From contig NC_015931.1 in assembly GCF_000223395.1 (NCBI RefSeq), forward strand, positions 210,001 to 242,000: a DNA stretch of 32,000 bases, read 5' to 3'. The notes under the pieces were generated by a model. The model saw only the letters and a program-made list of their open reading frames with translations, searched no databases and had not been told where the DNA came from. How positions within the stretch are numbered: the stretch's first letter is position 1; each line of letters starts with the position of its first letter. The position numbers and the translations under genes were made by a program. Positions 15,817 through 25,196 of this stretch are shown piece by piece. This stretch comes from Pyrolobus fumarii 1A. GTDB lineage: Archaea > Thermoproteota > Thermoprotei_A > Sulfolobales > Pyrodictiaceae.

Positions 15817-17435
15817 GACGTAGTAACGTACCCTGGCGGCAGCCTCATCAGCGCATATACGAAATCTAACCCTCTCACCTCTGCCAGGCTAGGCGGCGGG
15901 TTTGGAGTTATCGCCTCGAAGCCCTTCTCCATCAGCTCGTCTACCCTCTTCGCTATTTCGCTGAGAGTGCCGCGCCAAGGCTTAGCAAGCAGTAGTGCAA
16001 TAGTTGTGTATTGCCCATCCTCTACGAGTATACGGTTAGACTCCAGGTTCAACTCGTAACCGTCTTTTCCGACCAGCCTTGGAGGCCTTGGCTTGGATCT
16101 CCAAGGGCGCGTAGACACGGGCCTCCTCCTAGGTTTCACGCAGTTACGCGGCAGTCTACTTTCACGCACCTCGGCGTGCGCTGGCTTGAAATCCTTCATC
16201 ACTATCAAGTTCTCAGCCTCCTCTATTAGAGCGCCAAGCGCGCCAGTCACCAGCATAGTGGAAACGCCGAGAGCCGAGAGACAGTGAGAGTAGCTAGCCA
16301 ATGGTGTTATTGGCGGTGCCCCGGCAAGACGCTCGACACGCGGATCGATGTATAGTAGGTTGGTTGCGGCTCTATCCTCGTCTATGAGTATGAGTTCGGC
16401 GCCAGCCTCATAGGCTTCAATTATAGATGCGGCCATGCTCGTTGCCCCTGACGCATCACTGGTCGTGAAACACGTGGTGTCATTGTTGCCTGGTAGTCTA
16501 GTTATCAGCGGCGAAACATCTCTACAATGTACCGGCCTGCCATCCTCGGCTTCAATCCAGTATGCGCTCCTAAGGGAAACGACGGTCTCTCTGCCGTCGC
16601 CCTTAACGTGGTTATACACGCCAGCCGCTATAGCTTCAAGGAGTGTTGTTTTCCCGTGGAACGGGTGGCCAGTTATAACCGTAAACCCGCGAGGTATACC
16701 CATACCCTCGTACGTGCCCCAAGGAGTCTCAAGCTCGATGCGCATCGAGGATGGAGACTCAAAAGGGATAGCGTTTGCGAGGGGCTCTTCGCACCATCCA
16801 CAACGCCTAGGCAGTATCGAGCCATTGCCTATGAACGCTACTAGGCGGTGCCTCGGAAGAAGCGATCTAAGATACTCTTGTACTGCGTAAACTTTCACGT
16901 GCTCCTCTAGACTTGAGTTGCCCTTCTCCAACACTCTGATAGTGCTGCACACGGCATCTATGCTATCTTCTAGCATCCTGGCGGCCTCGTACCCCAGAAT
17001 CCTCCTGCCGCGTGCTGGCAGCCCGAACCAGAACCTAGCTATGAAGTAATCCTGGTGTACTTCGAAGCCACTCCTACGTATCATAGCGTTAGACGGCTTT
17101 GGGAGTCCAAGGTAGCCGCTGTGACCGCTCCCTCTCTTCCTAGACAGCCTTGCTAGCCTGGAGCGTAGAAAGCGGTAAGCATAGTCGGCTGTAGCTACTG
17201 GGTACCTAGAGGCGAGTCCCTTCAAGTGTAAGCGGCCGCGAACCTCAAGCACGCTAGGGGGCGCGTAGGGGTCGCCTTGCACTCTAGTGAAGCGCGCTAT
17301 TCCACATGGTACCGTGAACTCTAGTCTTGAGAGCTTCTCGCGATACGCCTTGTATCCTCGCCTTTCCAGCCTCTCTAGTAGCGTGAGCACATCATTGAGG
17401 TCTACCCGTTTCAACACTCTATAGCCTCCTCTCAC
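15813..17435 (-). CDS. Predicted ATPase of the ABC class (Pfam ABC_ATPase, PF09818 from memory)
   Basis: 540-aa ORF. N-terminal YKAYREKL...FTRVQGDPYAPPSVLEV, Walker A GHPFHGKTTLLEAI, Walker B ELILIDEDRAATN. The start overlaps the pstA stop by 17 nt. Confidence 0.7.
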   Translation of the reverse strand: MRGGYRVLKRVDLNDVLTLLERLERRGYKAYREKLSRLEFTVPCGIARFTRVQGDPYAPPSVLEVRGRLHLKGLASRYPVATADYAYRFLRSRLARLSRKRGSGHSGYLGLPKPSNAMIRRSGFEVHQDYFIARFWFGLPARGRRILGYEAARMLEDSIDAVCSTIRVLEKGNSSLEEHVKVYAVQEYLRSLLPRHRLVAFIGNGSILPRRCGWCEEPLANAIPFESPSSMRIELETPWGTYEGMGIPRGFTVITGHPFHGKTTLLEAIAAGVYNHVKGDGRETVVSLRSAYWIEAEDGRPVHCRDVSPLITRLPGNNDTTCFTTSDASGATSMAASIIEAYEAGAELILIDEDRAATNLLYIDPRVERLAGAPPITPLASYSHCLSALGVSTMLVTGALGALIEEAENLIVMKDFKPAHAEVRESRLPRNCVKPRRRPVSTRPWRSKPRPPRLVGKDGYELNLESNRILVEDGQYTTIALLLAKPWRGTLSEIAKRVDELMEKGFEAITPNPPPSLAEVRGLDFVYALMRLPPGYVTTS

Positions 17436-18330
17436 TCACTAGGAACCTCGCTAGGATAATGAGAGCTAGCGTTATCGCTGTAAGCACTAAGGCAGCGCCC
17501 CACGCGGTTGCTATCCTATCCGGTGTAGGCATCCTAGCATAATCATATATCAGGAGGCTGACGGCGCCGACCGGATGTGTTAGTGCGTCTATAGGGCTGC
17601 CGGGATAACTACGGTAACCGCCACCAGCGGTAAAGAGGAGTGGTGCTGTCTCGCCTGCTGCTTTTGCAAAGCCTATTATGGCGGCTGTGGCGAGCCCTCT
17701 CGCTGCCATACTTGCTATTATCCTGGCGGCTCTCTGCCTCGTAGCGCCTAGCGCGAGGGCGGCCTCTCTGTACGTCTGGGGGACTTGCCTAAGCACGCTC
17801 TCTGCCTGGACAGCGATGTATGGCAGGATGACTAGTGCTAGAGCTACTGCGCCCGCAAGGCCGCTGTACGTGCCGATGGGAAGGATGCTACTCAGCCCTA
17901 GTGCATTGTACAGCGCCCGGATTGGCGGCAACGGCTCAACGAGTACAAGGTAGATGAATAGGCCGGTGAGTATAGTTGGTATCTCTACCAGTGACTGTAC
18001 TATGACGCGTAGTGATGGTGAAAGCTTGCTTCCCGGGAACTCGTAGAGAAAGAGCGCGGTTGCAACACCAAGTGGTACTGCTATCAACATGGCGGACGCG
18101 GCTAGTATAGCTGTGCCGTACAGAGCGGGGCCTATTCCCGTTGGTGCAGGTGAAGTGAAGAATTCGACGCCCCTCTCTGCTATCACCGACAAGCCGTTGA
18201 CCAGGAGCGCGGCCAGGATGGCGAACAGGGGCAGTAGTGCAAGTAGGCCGCCAGCATAGACGGCTAGTGTGAATATCCTATCGCGTAATCTTCTCGAGTC
18301 AAAGGCTCTCACTATGCCCCCGCGGTGCAC
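17419..18330 (-). CDS. pstA: Phosphate ABC transporter permease PstA-like
   Basis: 303-aa polytopic membrane ORF. The signature is REAALALGATRQRAAR...AKAAGETAPLLFTAGG. Confidence 0.8.
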   Translation of the reverse strand: MHRGGIVRAFDSRRLRDRIFTLAVYAGGLLALLPLFAILAALLVNGLSVIAERGVEFFTSPAPTGIGPALYGTAILAASAMLIAVPLGVATALFLYEFPGSKLSPSLRVIVQSLVEIPTILTGLFIYLVLVEPLPPIRALYNALGLSSILPIGTYSGLAGAVALALVILPYIAVQAESVLRQVPQTYREAALALGATRQRAARIIASMAARGLATAAIIGFAKAAGETAPLLFTAGGGYRSYPGSPIDALTHPVGAVSLLIYDYARMPTPDRIATAWGAALVLTAITLALIILARFLVSERRL

Positions 18331-18352
18331 GTTGGCTAGGCCCGGTTAAATG

Positions 18353-19318
18353 CTACTTACCGTGTATGTTGCGTAGCCACCTTTGCATCATAGTTATCCC
18401 GATTACATTTACAACGACTCCTAGCAGGAGTAGCACCAAGCCTCCGGCAAACAGTGCACTCTCCATGTACGTGTAAAGGTATGCGTTGCCATACTGGTTG
18501 GCTATGAGTGCCGCTATGGTATAGCCTGGTGCGAAGGGCGAGATGCTGATGGTGAAAGTGTTGCCGACGACAAGAGATACTGCGACAGTCTCGCCGGCTG
18601 CACGTCCAAACCCGAGTAGAGCCGCGGCTATCACGACCGGCTTTATGTAGCCAAGTAGTAGGCGTGTGGCTTCGGCTCTTGTCGCGCCTAGAGAGTAGAT
18701 GGCTTCGCGTAAGCTACGAGGTATCAGGAGGTATGCTTCACGTATCATGGATGCCACGTAGGGCACCGACATTATCCCCATGAGGATGCCGGCGGTGAGT
18801 ATCGACTGGCCGGTGGTCGGCTCGTAGGAGAAGAGCGGTATGAATCTGCAACACTCGTAGAGGGGCTCCATAACGTAGTCTCGGAGGAGAGGGGCTAGCA
18901 CCGTTACACCCCACAGACCGTAGACGATGGTCGGCAGTGCAGCCATGGCGTCGGACAACGCGGATACAACCTCACGCAGCTTACTGCTCGGTATATACTC
19001 GGTTACTAGTAGTGCAAGTGCGGTCGAAAGGGGCAAGGATACGGCAACGGCTATGATTGCAACGTACACCGTGCCCCATATTGCCGCGGCAAGGCCGTAA
19101 CGCTCGGCTTCAGGGTTATCCTCTGAGGGCAACCAGACGCTCCAAGTGTAGACCCCCAGCCCCTCCTTACGGAAGATTGGCTCCGCTTTAGCGAAGAACG
19201 TCGCGGCAAAAGCAAGCAGAAGCGTTGCTACAATCACGGCTACCGACAAAAGGCTCAGCGCGTAGAGCTTCTCGCGCGGCGATAGGTGTGCCCCCAGCAC
19301 AGTCTCAAGCAGCGCCAA
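18353..19318 (-). CDS. pstC: Phosphate ABC transporter permease PstC-like
   Basis: 321-aa polytopic membrane ORF. Contains GLAAAIWGTVYVAIIAVAVSLPLS...LVTEY and REAIYSLGATRAEATR...GRAAGETVAV. Confidence 0.8.
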   Translation of the reverse strand: MALLETVLGAHLSPREKLYALSLLSVAVIVATLLLAFAATFFAKAEPIFRKEGLGVYTWSVWLPSEDNPEAERYGLAAAIWGTVYVAIIAVAVSLPLSTALALLVTEYIPSSKLREVVSALSDAMAALPTIVYGLWGVTVLAPLLRDYVMEPLYECCRFIPLFSYEPTTGQSILTAGILMGIMSVPYVASMIREAYLLIPRSLREAIYSLGATRAEATRLLLGYIKPVVIAAALLGFGRAAGETVAVSLVVGNTFTISISPFAPGYTIAALIANQYGNAYLYTYMESALFAGGLVLLLLGVVVNVIGITMMQRWLRNIHGK

Positions 19319-19368
19319 TGTTGACCCGTGCGGTGCTCTCAGAAAACCAGCGGTTAAACCTAACCCTG

Positions 19369-20223
19369 CTACACGAACTCAAGGTAGTCAAGGATGTCCC
19401 TGGGCACTAGACCCGCTTCAACAGCCAGCTCGGCGAGCGCCTTATGCGCCCGAATACCATCCTCCCCCATATCAAGCGTATAGTCATTCACATACATGTT
19501 GATGAAGCGTGACACCAGCTCGGGGTCCCTGACTCTAGAGAATCTCATGGCGTGGTGCAAAGCCTCCTTTTGATGCTCTCTCGCATAGAGTATGCTACGG
19601 CGTAATGCTTCTGCGAACCCCCTTGCAGCCTCAACGCCAAGCCTCTTGGCAAAGACGTCGACGCCGAGAGGTAATGGTAGCTTACCGACGCGTGACTCCC
19701 ACCACTCCCACAAGTCAAAGACCTTGATGAGACCCCGCCTTTCAAACGCTATCTGCTCCTCGTGTATCAGTAGTCCAGCGTCAACCTCGCCTCTCTCAAC
19801 GAGAGACGGTATCTCGTCAAACTTGGCAAACACGGGCTCGAATGCATCCTCCAAGGCTAGACGTAGCAACAGATATGCTGTAGTCCATCTACCGGGTACA
19901 GCTATCCTTGCACCCCTCAGACTATCAAGGCGCCTCTTGGCTACAACCACCGGGCCATAGCCAATACCCATACTGGCGCCGACGCGTAGCACATAGTAGC
20001 GCTGTGCTATGTGCAGTGCAGCGTGGAACGACGCAGCACTGGCATCAAGGACATCGCCCTCGAGTAAGCGTTTGTTGAGAGACTCTATGTCGTCTATCAC
20101 CTCGCGTATCTCGTTGAAACCCGGTATCTTCACGGCGCCAGATACTATGCCGTAGAACATGAAGGCGTCATCCGGGTCGGGAGAATGCCCCACAATCAAC
20201 ACTCTGCCAGCCAAACATCCCAT
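19369..20223 (-). CDS. mqnD: MqnA/MqnD family protein (futalosine-pathway, 1,4-dihydroxy-6-naphthoate synthase-like; periplasmic-binding-protein fold)
   Basis: 284-aa ORF with no signal peptide. Contains VGHSPDPDDAFMFYG, GYGPVVVA, RIAVPGRWTTAYLLL, EVDAGLLIHEEQ, LPLPLG and YVNDYTLDMGEDG, which parallels MqnD as I recall it. Confidence 0.6.
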   Translation of the reverse strand: MGCLAGRVLIVGHSPDPDDAFMFYGIVSGAVKIPGFNEIREVIDDIESLNKRLLEGDVLDASAASFHAALHIAQRYYVLRVGASMGIGYGPVVVAKRRLDSLRGARIAVPGRWTTAYLLLRLALEDAFEPVFAKFDEIPSLVERGEVDAGLLIHEEQIAFERRGLIKVFDLWEWWESRVGKLPLPLGVDVFAKRLGVEAARGFAEALRRSILYAREHQKEALHHAMRFSRVRDPELVSRFINMYVNDYTLDMGEDGIRAHKALAELAVEAGLVPRDILDYLEFV

Positions 20224-20423
20224 CCGGGTGCATGGCTAGCGCTACGGGCGTATCAAGCTCGCTCCTAGCGGGCTCGGGTGGGATCGAGGCTCTTCATCGG
20301 TCTGTGCAGGCTACAGTCGTCATCGCCCGTATGTGGCGACGGTAACCCGAGTCTTATAGAGTGATACCCGTTGATGTACGTAAATGTGGGTGGAAGTTGC
20401 CCCTCCACCCGAGAATACGGAGG

Positions 20424-21935
20424 ATGCTTGGCGAAGAGATAGGTGTCGTGCTTAGTGGTGCTACATCTGTAACCGCGCCGATAGCAGTGAGAAAGGAGCA
20501 TGCTCCATTGATACGAGAGGACCTCATGGTAGCAGTTCACGACGAACATCTGGGAAACGATGTAGTGTTGATTGGCGTGTTGAGATTCGTGACTAGGTAT
20601 GAGCCGTTCCTGCGTCGTGGCATCCCGAATGTATACACCAGCTATCCGCAGGCACTGACAAACGACCTTCTAGCACCATTTACCAACGCTTACATCGAGC
20701 TATATGGTGTTGCAAGGTTCGAGTTAGAGGATGAGTCCGCGAGTGTGATAGGGAAGATAGAGCCACCTGTGTACGCGCCTCATCCAGGCAGCCGCGTATA
20801 CATCATAACGGGTCCCGAGCTTCTTGACGCCATTGTTGGTGGACGAGGGCTGCGTGTTGGTGTCCACCCGTTTACCGGCTGGAGTCCACCTATAGATCCA
20901 GAGGCGCTCAAGATGCATGTTGGTGTTTTTGGCGCGACGGGTATGGGTAAGAGCCGGCTTGTAAGAAGGCTTGCACGCGAAGCGTCAAGACACTACGCGG
21001 TGATAATTTTCGATCATAGTGGCGTAGACTATGCCCCCGTTGCAGAGAAACTTGGTTATCCCGTTGTACCAGCCAACAGGGTACAACTCGACGTCATAAC
21101 TATGACAGAGATGCTTGCCGAGATTATGGACGTACCTAGTACACTACAGGATTACGTGCTAGCAGGTGTCTATTGCCATGACGGGCTAGTCAAGGGCAAA
21201 TTCAGTACACCCGAACAATGTCTACGTGAAAGCTACATGACGACAAGGATGAGTGCCCAGCGAAGCCGCCAATACACTTGGAACAAGGAAGAGTTCATCT
21301 CTACACTGCTCCTCGTAGCCAAGAGGCTTGGCGCGCGAGACACCACACTGTTGAAACTAAGGCTGTATGCAGAGCGTGTGCCGAACTACATCTATGAGAG
21401 TTTCGGTGGTAGGGATGTATCACCACGGGAGATAATACAAGCCGCGCTAGATCACAACATAGTTGTTGTTGACCTGGGGCGTGAGGAGGAAATAGCGGCA
21501 AAGCGTGCTATCGTGGCTCAGGTCGTGGATGAGGCCTGGAAGATAATACACGAGACGCTCCAGCCAATTAACGTTGCAGTGTTTGTTGACGAGGCGCAGC
21601 ACTATGCATGCGAGTACTGTAGACCCTCGGCTACTCGTCTTGAGAAGATAGCGCGCGAGGGTAGAAAGTGGGGCCTATGGCTACTAGTCGCTAGTCAAAG
21701 AGTATCAAGGGACATCAAGCCTGGTATTCGTGCAAACTTAGGCACTGTATTCTTCTCGCGTCTGCAAGCTACTGGTGACCTGCAAGAGCTGGGCGGCTAC
21801 CTGGACTTGGGTAATGTAACGCAAGCGTCGCTAGCTATGCTAGATAGGAGGCAATTCTACCTCGCTGGCCTCGCAAACCCGCTCCGTAAGCCAGTACTTA
21901 TACAAGTAGAGCATGTGCCCGACGACGGCTTCTGA
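20424..21935 (+). CDS. HerA/DUF87-like FtsK-HerA superfamily ATPase
   Basis: The ORF-track ORF starts at GTG 20361. ATG 20424 is preceded by GGAGG and gives MLGEEIGVVLSG.... Walker A FGATGMGKS, Walker B VAVFVDEAQHY, then the EGRKWGLWLLVASQR block. Confidence 0.7.
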   Translation: MLGEEIGVVLSGATSVTAPIAVRKEHAPLIREDLMVAVHDEHLGNDVVLIGVLRFVTRYEPFLRRGIPNVYTSYPQALTNDLLAPFTNAYIELYGVARFELEDESASVIGKIEPPVYAPHPGSRVYIITGPELLDAIVGGRGLRVGVHPFTGWSPPIDPEALKMHVGVFGATGMGKSRLVRRLAREASRHYAVIIFDHSGVDYAPVAEKLGYPVVPANRVQLDVITMTEMLAEIMDVPSTLQDYVLAGVYCHDGLVKGKFSTPEQCLRESYMTTRMSAQRSRQYTWNKEEFISTLLLVAKRLGARDTTLLKLRLYAERVPNYIYESFGGRDVSPREIIQAALDHNIVVVDLGREEEIAAKRAIVAQVVDEAWKIIHETLQPINVAVFVDEAQHYACEYCRPSATRLEKIAREGRKWGLWLLVASQRVSRDIKPGIRANLGTVFFSRLQATGDLQELGGYLDLGNVTQASLAMLDRRQFYLAGLANPLRKPVLIQVEHVPDDGF

Positions 21936-21953
21936 AGCTAGCCGAGGAGCGAC

Positions 21954-21963
21954 TTTGGTTTTT
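21954..21963 (+). terminator. T-rich tract (TTTGGTTTTT) downstream of the HerA-like gene
   Basis: Located 19 nt after the stop, in a convergent intergenic region. Archaeal terminators are oligo-T tracts. Confidence 0.35.
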
Positions 21964-22036
21964 AAGCCACTGGCTCCGGAAGAACAACATGAAATTGTTT
22001 ATAGGGGGTGCCTAGGCTTGCGCGTCCTGCTTCTCG

Positions 22037-23056
22037 TTAGACGCTGAGCTGTTGTGCTATTTCGGATGGGCGTGCGCCAGCAAAGGCACCGTTAGCTATC
22101 ACGACTATATCGTAGAGGTCTAGTGTGAGGTACTCTAGCGCGGCAGTAGCGAACCCTACGCTGAGCGGGTTGCTCGCAATGCCCATAGCGGCGCGTTTCC
22201 TGGCCTCTCTGCGAATCAAGTTCTCTACAATAGCGAATGCCTTGATCATGTCGGGCTCGGTGACTTCGCCGTAGAATGTGCTGCGCAGCTTCAACATGAT
22301 TGCCTCTGGGTCGCCTATGGAGGCCTCTCTTGTCAAGTCGGGGAGTTTGCATGGTCTAAGTAGGCGTATGAACTCTTCAATGACTTCTCTTGGGGCTCCG
22401 CGCATGGCAAGGTTTAGCATAACTCTCGCATAGAGCATATCCAGGCGGGGGCAGAGATAGTATCTAGCTTGCATCGTGTTGCGATACGCGTTGTTGAAGA
22501 GCCATGCTATTAGAGTGTCGATAGCCGCGTCTATCCCGTTGGCGCCCTCCACCTTGAGATAGTAGTCTAGAAGCTTGGGTAGCATGTGGAACGCTGTGCG
22601 TTGCAGGTAATCGTGTATGCCTCTAAAGCTTCTGGTCTCGAGGTAGAACTTGTAGACGTGCTTTACAAGAGGATTCTCGGGGGCTGCTAGTGCATCTGGC
22701 TGTGGAGGCTCCTCACCCTCATACGCCATCCTGAGGAGGAGAGTAAGGTCTCTAGCGGCTATGTATGTCGAGTAGGCCATGTTTATGAGCTCTCTGGCGC
22801 CGCTCGCAAATGCTCTTGCTTGCGCAATCCTGGTTGAGAGCCACCTCCTCATGCCAATCTCTATGCCGCGAGGCGAGCTAGTATCCTCGATCCACGCTGC
22901 AATGGCGAAACTCTTCAACGCCTCTATGAACGTATTGAAGGAGTAGGCTGACTGGAGGAGTAGCTTGATGCCCTCCGGGCCGGGCGCCTCGCCTAGAGCG
23001 GCTGCAAGTTTAGCAGCATAGCCAGCCGGGCTACCTCCTCGATATCCGAACGGCAT
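22037..23056 (-). CDS. atpC: A/V-type ATP synthase subunit C (AC39/d family)
   Basis: 339-aa all-helical ORF. It has the internal repeat pattern ARDLTLLLRMAYEGEEP / RLDMLYARVMLNLAMRGAPREV and the C-terminal PLSVGFATAALEYLTLDLYDIVVIANGAFAGARPSEI. These align by eye with Thermus/archaeal subunit C. Confidence 0.6.
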   Translation of the reverse strand: MPFGYRGGSPAGYAAKLAAALGEAPGPEGIKLLLQSAYSFNTFIEALKSFAIAAWIEDTSSPRGIEIGMRRWLSTRIAQARAFASGARELINMAYSTYIAARDLTLLLRMAYEGEEPPQPDALAAPENPLVKHVYKFYLETRSFRGIHDYLQRTAFHMLPKLLDYYLKVEGANGIDAAIDTLIAWLFNNAYRNTMQARYYLCPRLDMLYARVMLNLAMRGAPREVIEEFIRLLRPCKLPDLTREASIGDPEAIMLKLRSTFYGEVTEPDMIKAFAIVENLIRREARKRAAMGIASNPLSVGFATAALEYLTLDLYDIVVIANGAFAGARPSEIAQQLSV

Positions 23057-23372
23057 TGGCTAGCACCTCCAGTGCAGCCTCAACGGCCTTCTCGAAATTG
23101 GCGCGGGCGGTAGCCTCGACGCTCGCTAGCACTTCGCGCTTCTTCTTCTCTAGCTCGTCGCGTATCCTTGCTATCTCATCCTCCGCTAGAGCATTGATGG
23201 TGCTTCTAGCGCGGTCTACGATCTCCTCAGCTTTAGTCTCAAGCCTTCTAGCTCTCTCCTCGGCAGCAGCCAATAGGCTGCTCGCATCCTTCTCGATGCT
23301 ACTCTCTATCCTTGTTAGCTTCTCCTCGAACTCTTTCACGGCACGTAGGATGCGAACAACATCCTCTGCCAA
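23031..23372 (-). CDS. Coiled-coil protein, candidate A-type ATP synthase peripheral-stalk subunit (H/G-like)
   Basis: 113-aa A/E/R/K-rich heptad-like sequence. It overlaps the start of the subunit C gene by 26 nt. Assignment rests on size, composition and position only. Confidence 0.4.
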   Translation of the reverse strand: MAEDVVRILRAVKEFEEKLTRIESSIEKDASSLLAAAEERARRLETKAEEIVDRARSTINALAEDEIARIRDELEKKKREVLASVEATARANFEKAVEAALEVLANAVRISRR

Positions 23373-23657
23373 GACCGGCCCCCGCTAGCCCCTCCCGCTC
23401 CTAGCTTTTCAACCTACGCCCTCCGCGAGAAGCTGGAAGTCTTGCAGGTACCATCCAGTAGTCGAGCCACACCCCAACACCTATTATGCTGCGTGCGTGG
23501 CGTCACTGTAAACGGCCCGATGTGGAAGTCCACCCCTTCCAGAGGCGAGTACGCCGATGCTGAAACCGGCGTTGCCGAGGGTCAAAAAGAGGAGTTTTAG
23601 CGGAGTTTATTAACATAGTATAAGATGGGAGCGAACTTTTCCTAACCATCCTTTAAG

Positions 23658-24176
23658 TTGTATGTAACGATAGTGAATATCCGCGGTGGAGTAACATCCT
23701 TGCAGGAGGCGCCAAGACTAAGCTTAAGATGGATAGTTAGGCTGGCTGTGCTTGCATTACTGGCAAGTCAGGGACCCATGCACGGCTACGCGATCTACAA
23801 GAGACTGTTGTCGATATTCGCGCGTGCAAGGCTAATATCGCCTAGTCTCGTCTACACAGTACTATCCGAGCTGGAGCAAGAGGAGCTTGTAGAAGAAGCT
23901 GGGTTCGTGGAGGGCGCGCCAAGCGGAGGTAGGAGATTACTACGTATCACCGAGAAGGGCCTCAACCATCTAGCGGAGCACGGCGGTATGGCGTGGCGGC
24001 TTTTCGGCGAGCTTCTTGTCCTCCTTGTGCAAGGCGAAGCTGAGGCTCGGTTGCAAATAGGTGACTATGGGGGTCTGGTTAATCTTGCTGGCGAGGTTAT
24101 TGGGCTGTCAGAGAAGTTGAGGAAGATAGGTGAGAGGGTACTCCCGGAGACCGGGGGCAGTGAGGAGGTTCGCTAG
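23658..24176 (+). CDS. PadR-family winged-helix transcriptional regulator
   Basis: Contains LAVLALLASQGPMHGYAIYKRL...SPSLVYTVLSELEQEELVEE...RRLLRITEKG. The start is uncertain (TTG 23658, GTG 23673 or TTG 23700). The TATA-like GTATAAGA lies at about 23618-23625. Confidence 0.7.
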   Translation: MYVTIVNIRGGVTSLQEAPRLSLRWIVRLAVLALLASQGPMHGYAIYKRLLSIFARARLISPSLVYTVLSELEQEELVEEAGFVEGAPSGGRRLLRITEKGLNHLAEHGGMAWRLFGELLVLLVQGEAEARLQIGDYGGLVNLAGEVIGLSEKLRKIGERVLPETGGSEEVR

Positions 24177-24488
24177 GGCGGAGGGTTGTCCTGGTGAAGA
24201 GAGTACGGCGGAGGCCGAGCCTCCACCCACCTCAATTATGTGATAGAATAAGTGGTTAAGTGTAAGCTAATGTCTCTCGTCTTGGTTTGCGATTGTGTGT
24301 TAGGGGCTCGGGAATCCCGGCCTACACTCCACACTGCTTTCGGCGAAGAGCGCTCTCCTCATAGCCCCTCTTACCATCGACGCGTTTCACCCGTAATTTG
24401 GTGCACGGTGCTTGATCGCGAATGATTTCGATATAATTCAGGCTAGCCGGGATTCTTGAAAATGGTAGAATGGTGGTGAAGCGTCGAG

Positions 24489-25193
24489 TTGAGCGTCAAG
24501 TTAACCGTATTAGTGGATAACGAGGCTGGAGGCGGGCTGCGTAGCTCATGGGGACTGTCTATATTAGTCGAGAAGGATGATGTGCATATTCTCTTTGACG
24601 CGGATACGGAACCCGAGGTGCTCGAGTACAACGCGGCTAGACTTGGCGTAGATCTTGGATTGATAAGCTTCGCTGTACTTAGCCACCCTCACCGTGACCA
24701 CTATGGAGGTTTTAGCGCGGTCGGTAAAAGTGCAAACAGAGTGGAGGTATACGTGCCTAGGGGGTCGAGGAGGGTAGCCCGGCTTTTACGGAAATGGGGC
24801 TTGCAGCCCATCGAGGTTAATGAGACTATAGAGGTAGTCAAGGGTGTCTACATTGTTGGTCCCTTCCGGGGCGTCTACAAGGGGCGCGAGATACCAGAGC
24901 AAAGTCTCGTAATAGGTGTTGGTGATGGACGTGCAGTTGTGCTTGTTGGGTGTGGGCACCCGGGTGTCGATACAATCATCAAGACAGTGGTTGAAACGCT
25001 TAATGTTAAGCCTATTCTCGTCATAGGAGGGTTTCACGAACCACCGTTCGATGTGATTGATAGGCTTGCGTCTTTGGTAGACGGAAAGATATGTGCGATA
25101 CACTGCAGTGGTGACGAGACTAAACGGTATATCAGGGAGAGATATCCTGGCAAGTATTGCGATGCGCGTGCAGGAACGGTAATAACATTGTAG
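24489..25193 (+). CDS. MBL-fold metallo-hydrolase (COG1237-like)
   Basis: 234-aa ORF. Contains LTVLVDNEAGGGLRSSWGLSILVE and a variant metal motif SHPHRDHYGG, plus GCGHPG. TTG start. Confidence 0.7.
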   Translation: MSVKLTVLVDNEAGGGLRSSWGLSILVEKDDVHILFDADTEPEVLEYNAARLGVDLGLISFAVLSHPHRDHYGGFSAVGKSANRVEVYVPRGSRRVARLLRKWGLQPIEVNETIEVVKGVYIVGPFRGVYKGREIPEQSLVIGVGDGRAVVLVGCGHPGVDTIIKTVVETLNVKPILVIGGFHEPPFDVIDRLASLVDGKICAIHCSGDETKRYIRERYPGKYCDARAGTVITL

Positions 25194-25196
25194 TGG

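Noticed and set aside
19369-20223. The periplasmic-binding-protein-fold gene upstream of pstC, considered as a substitute PstS.
   Set aside because: It has no signal peptide or lipobox. Its motifs track the cytoplasmic MqnA/MqnD enzymes (HSPDPDDAFMFYG, LIHEEQ, LPLPLG). A 50-nt gap separates it from pstC.
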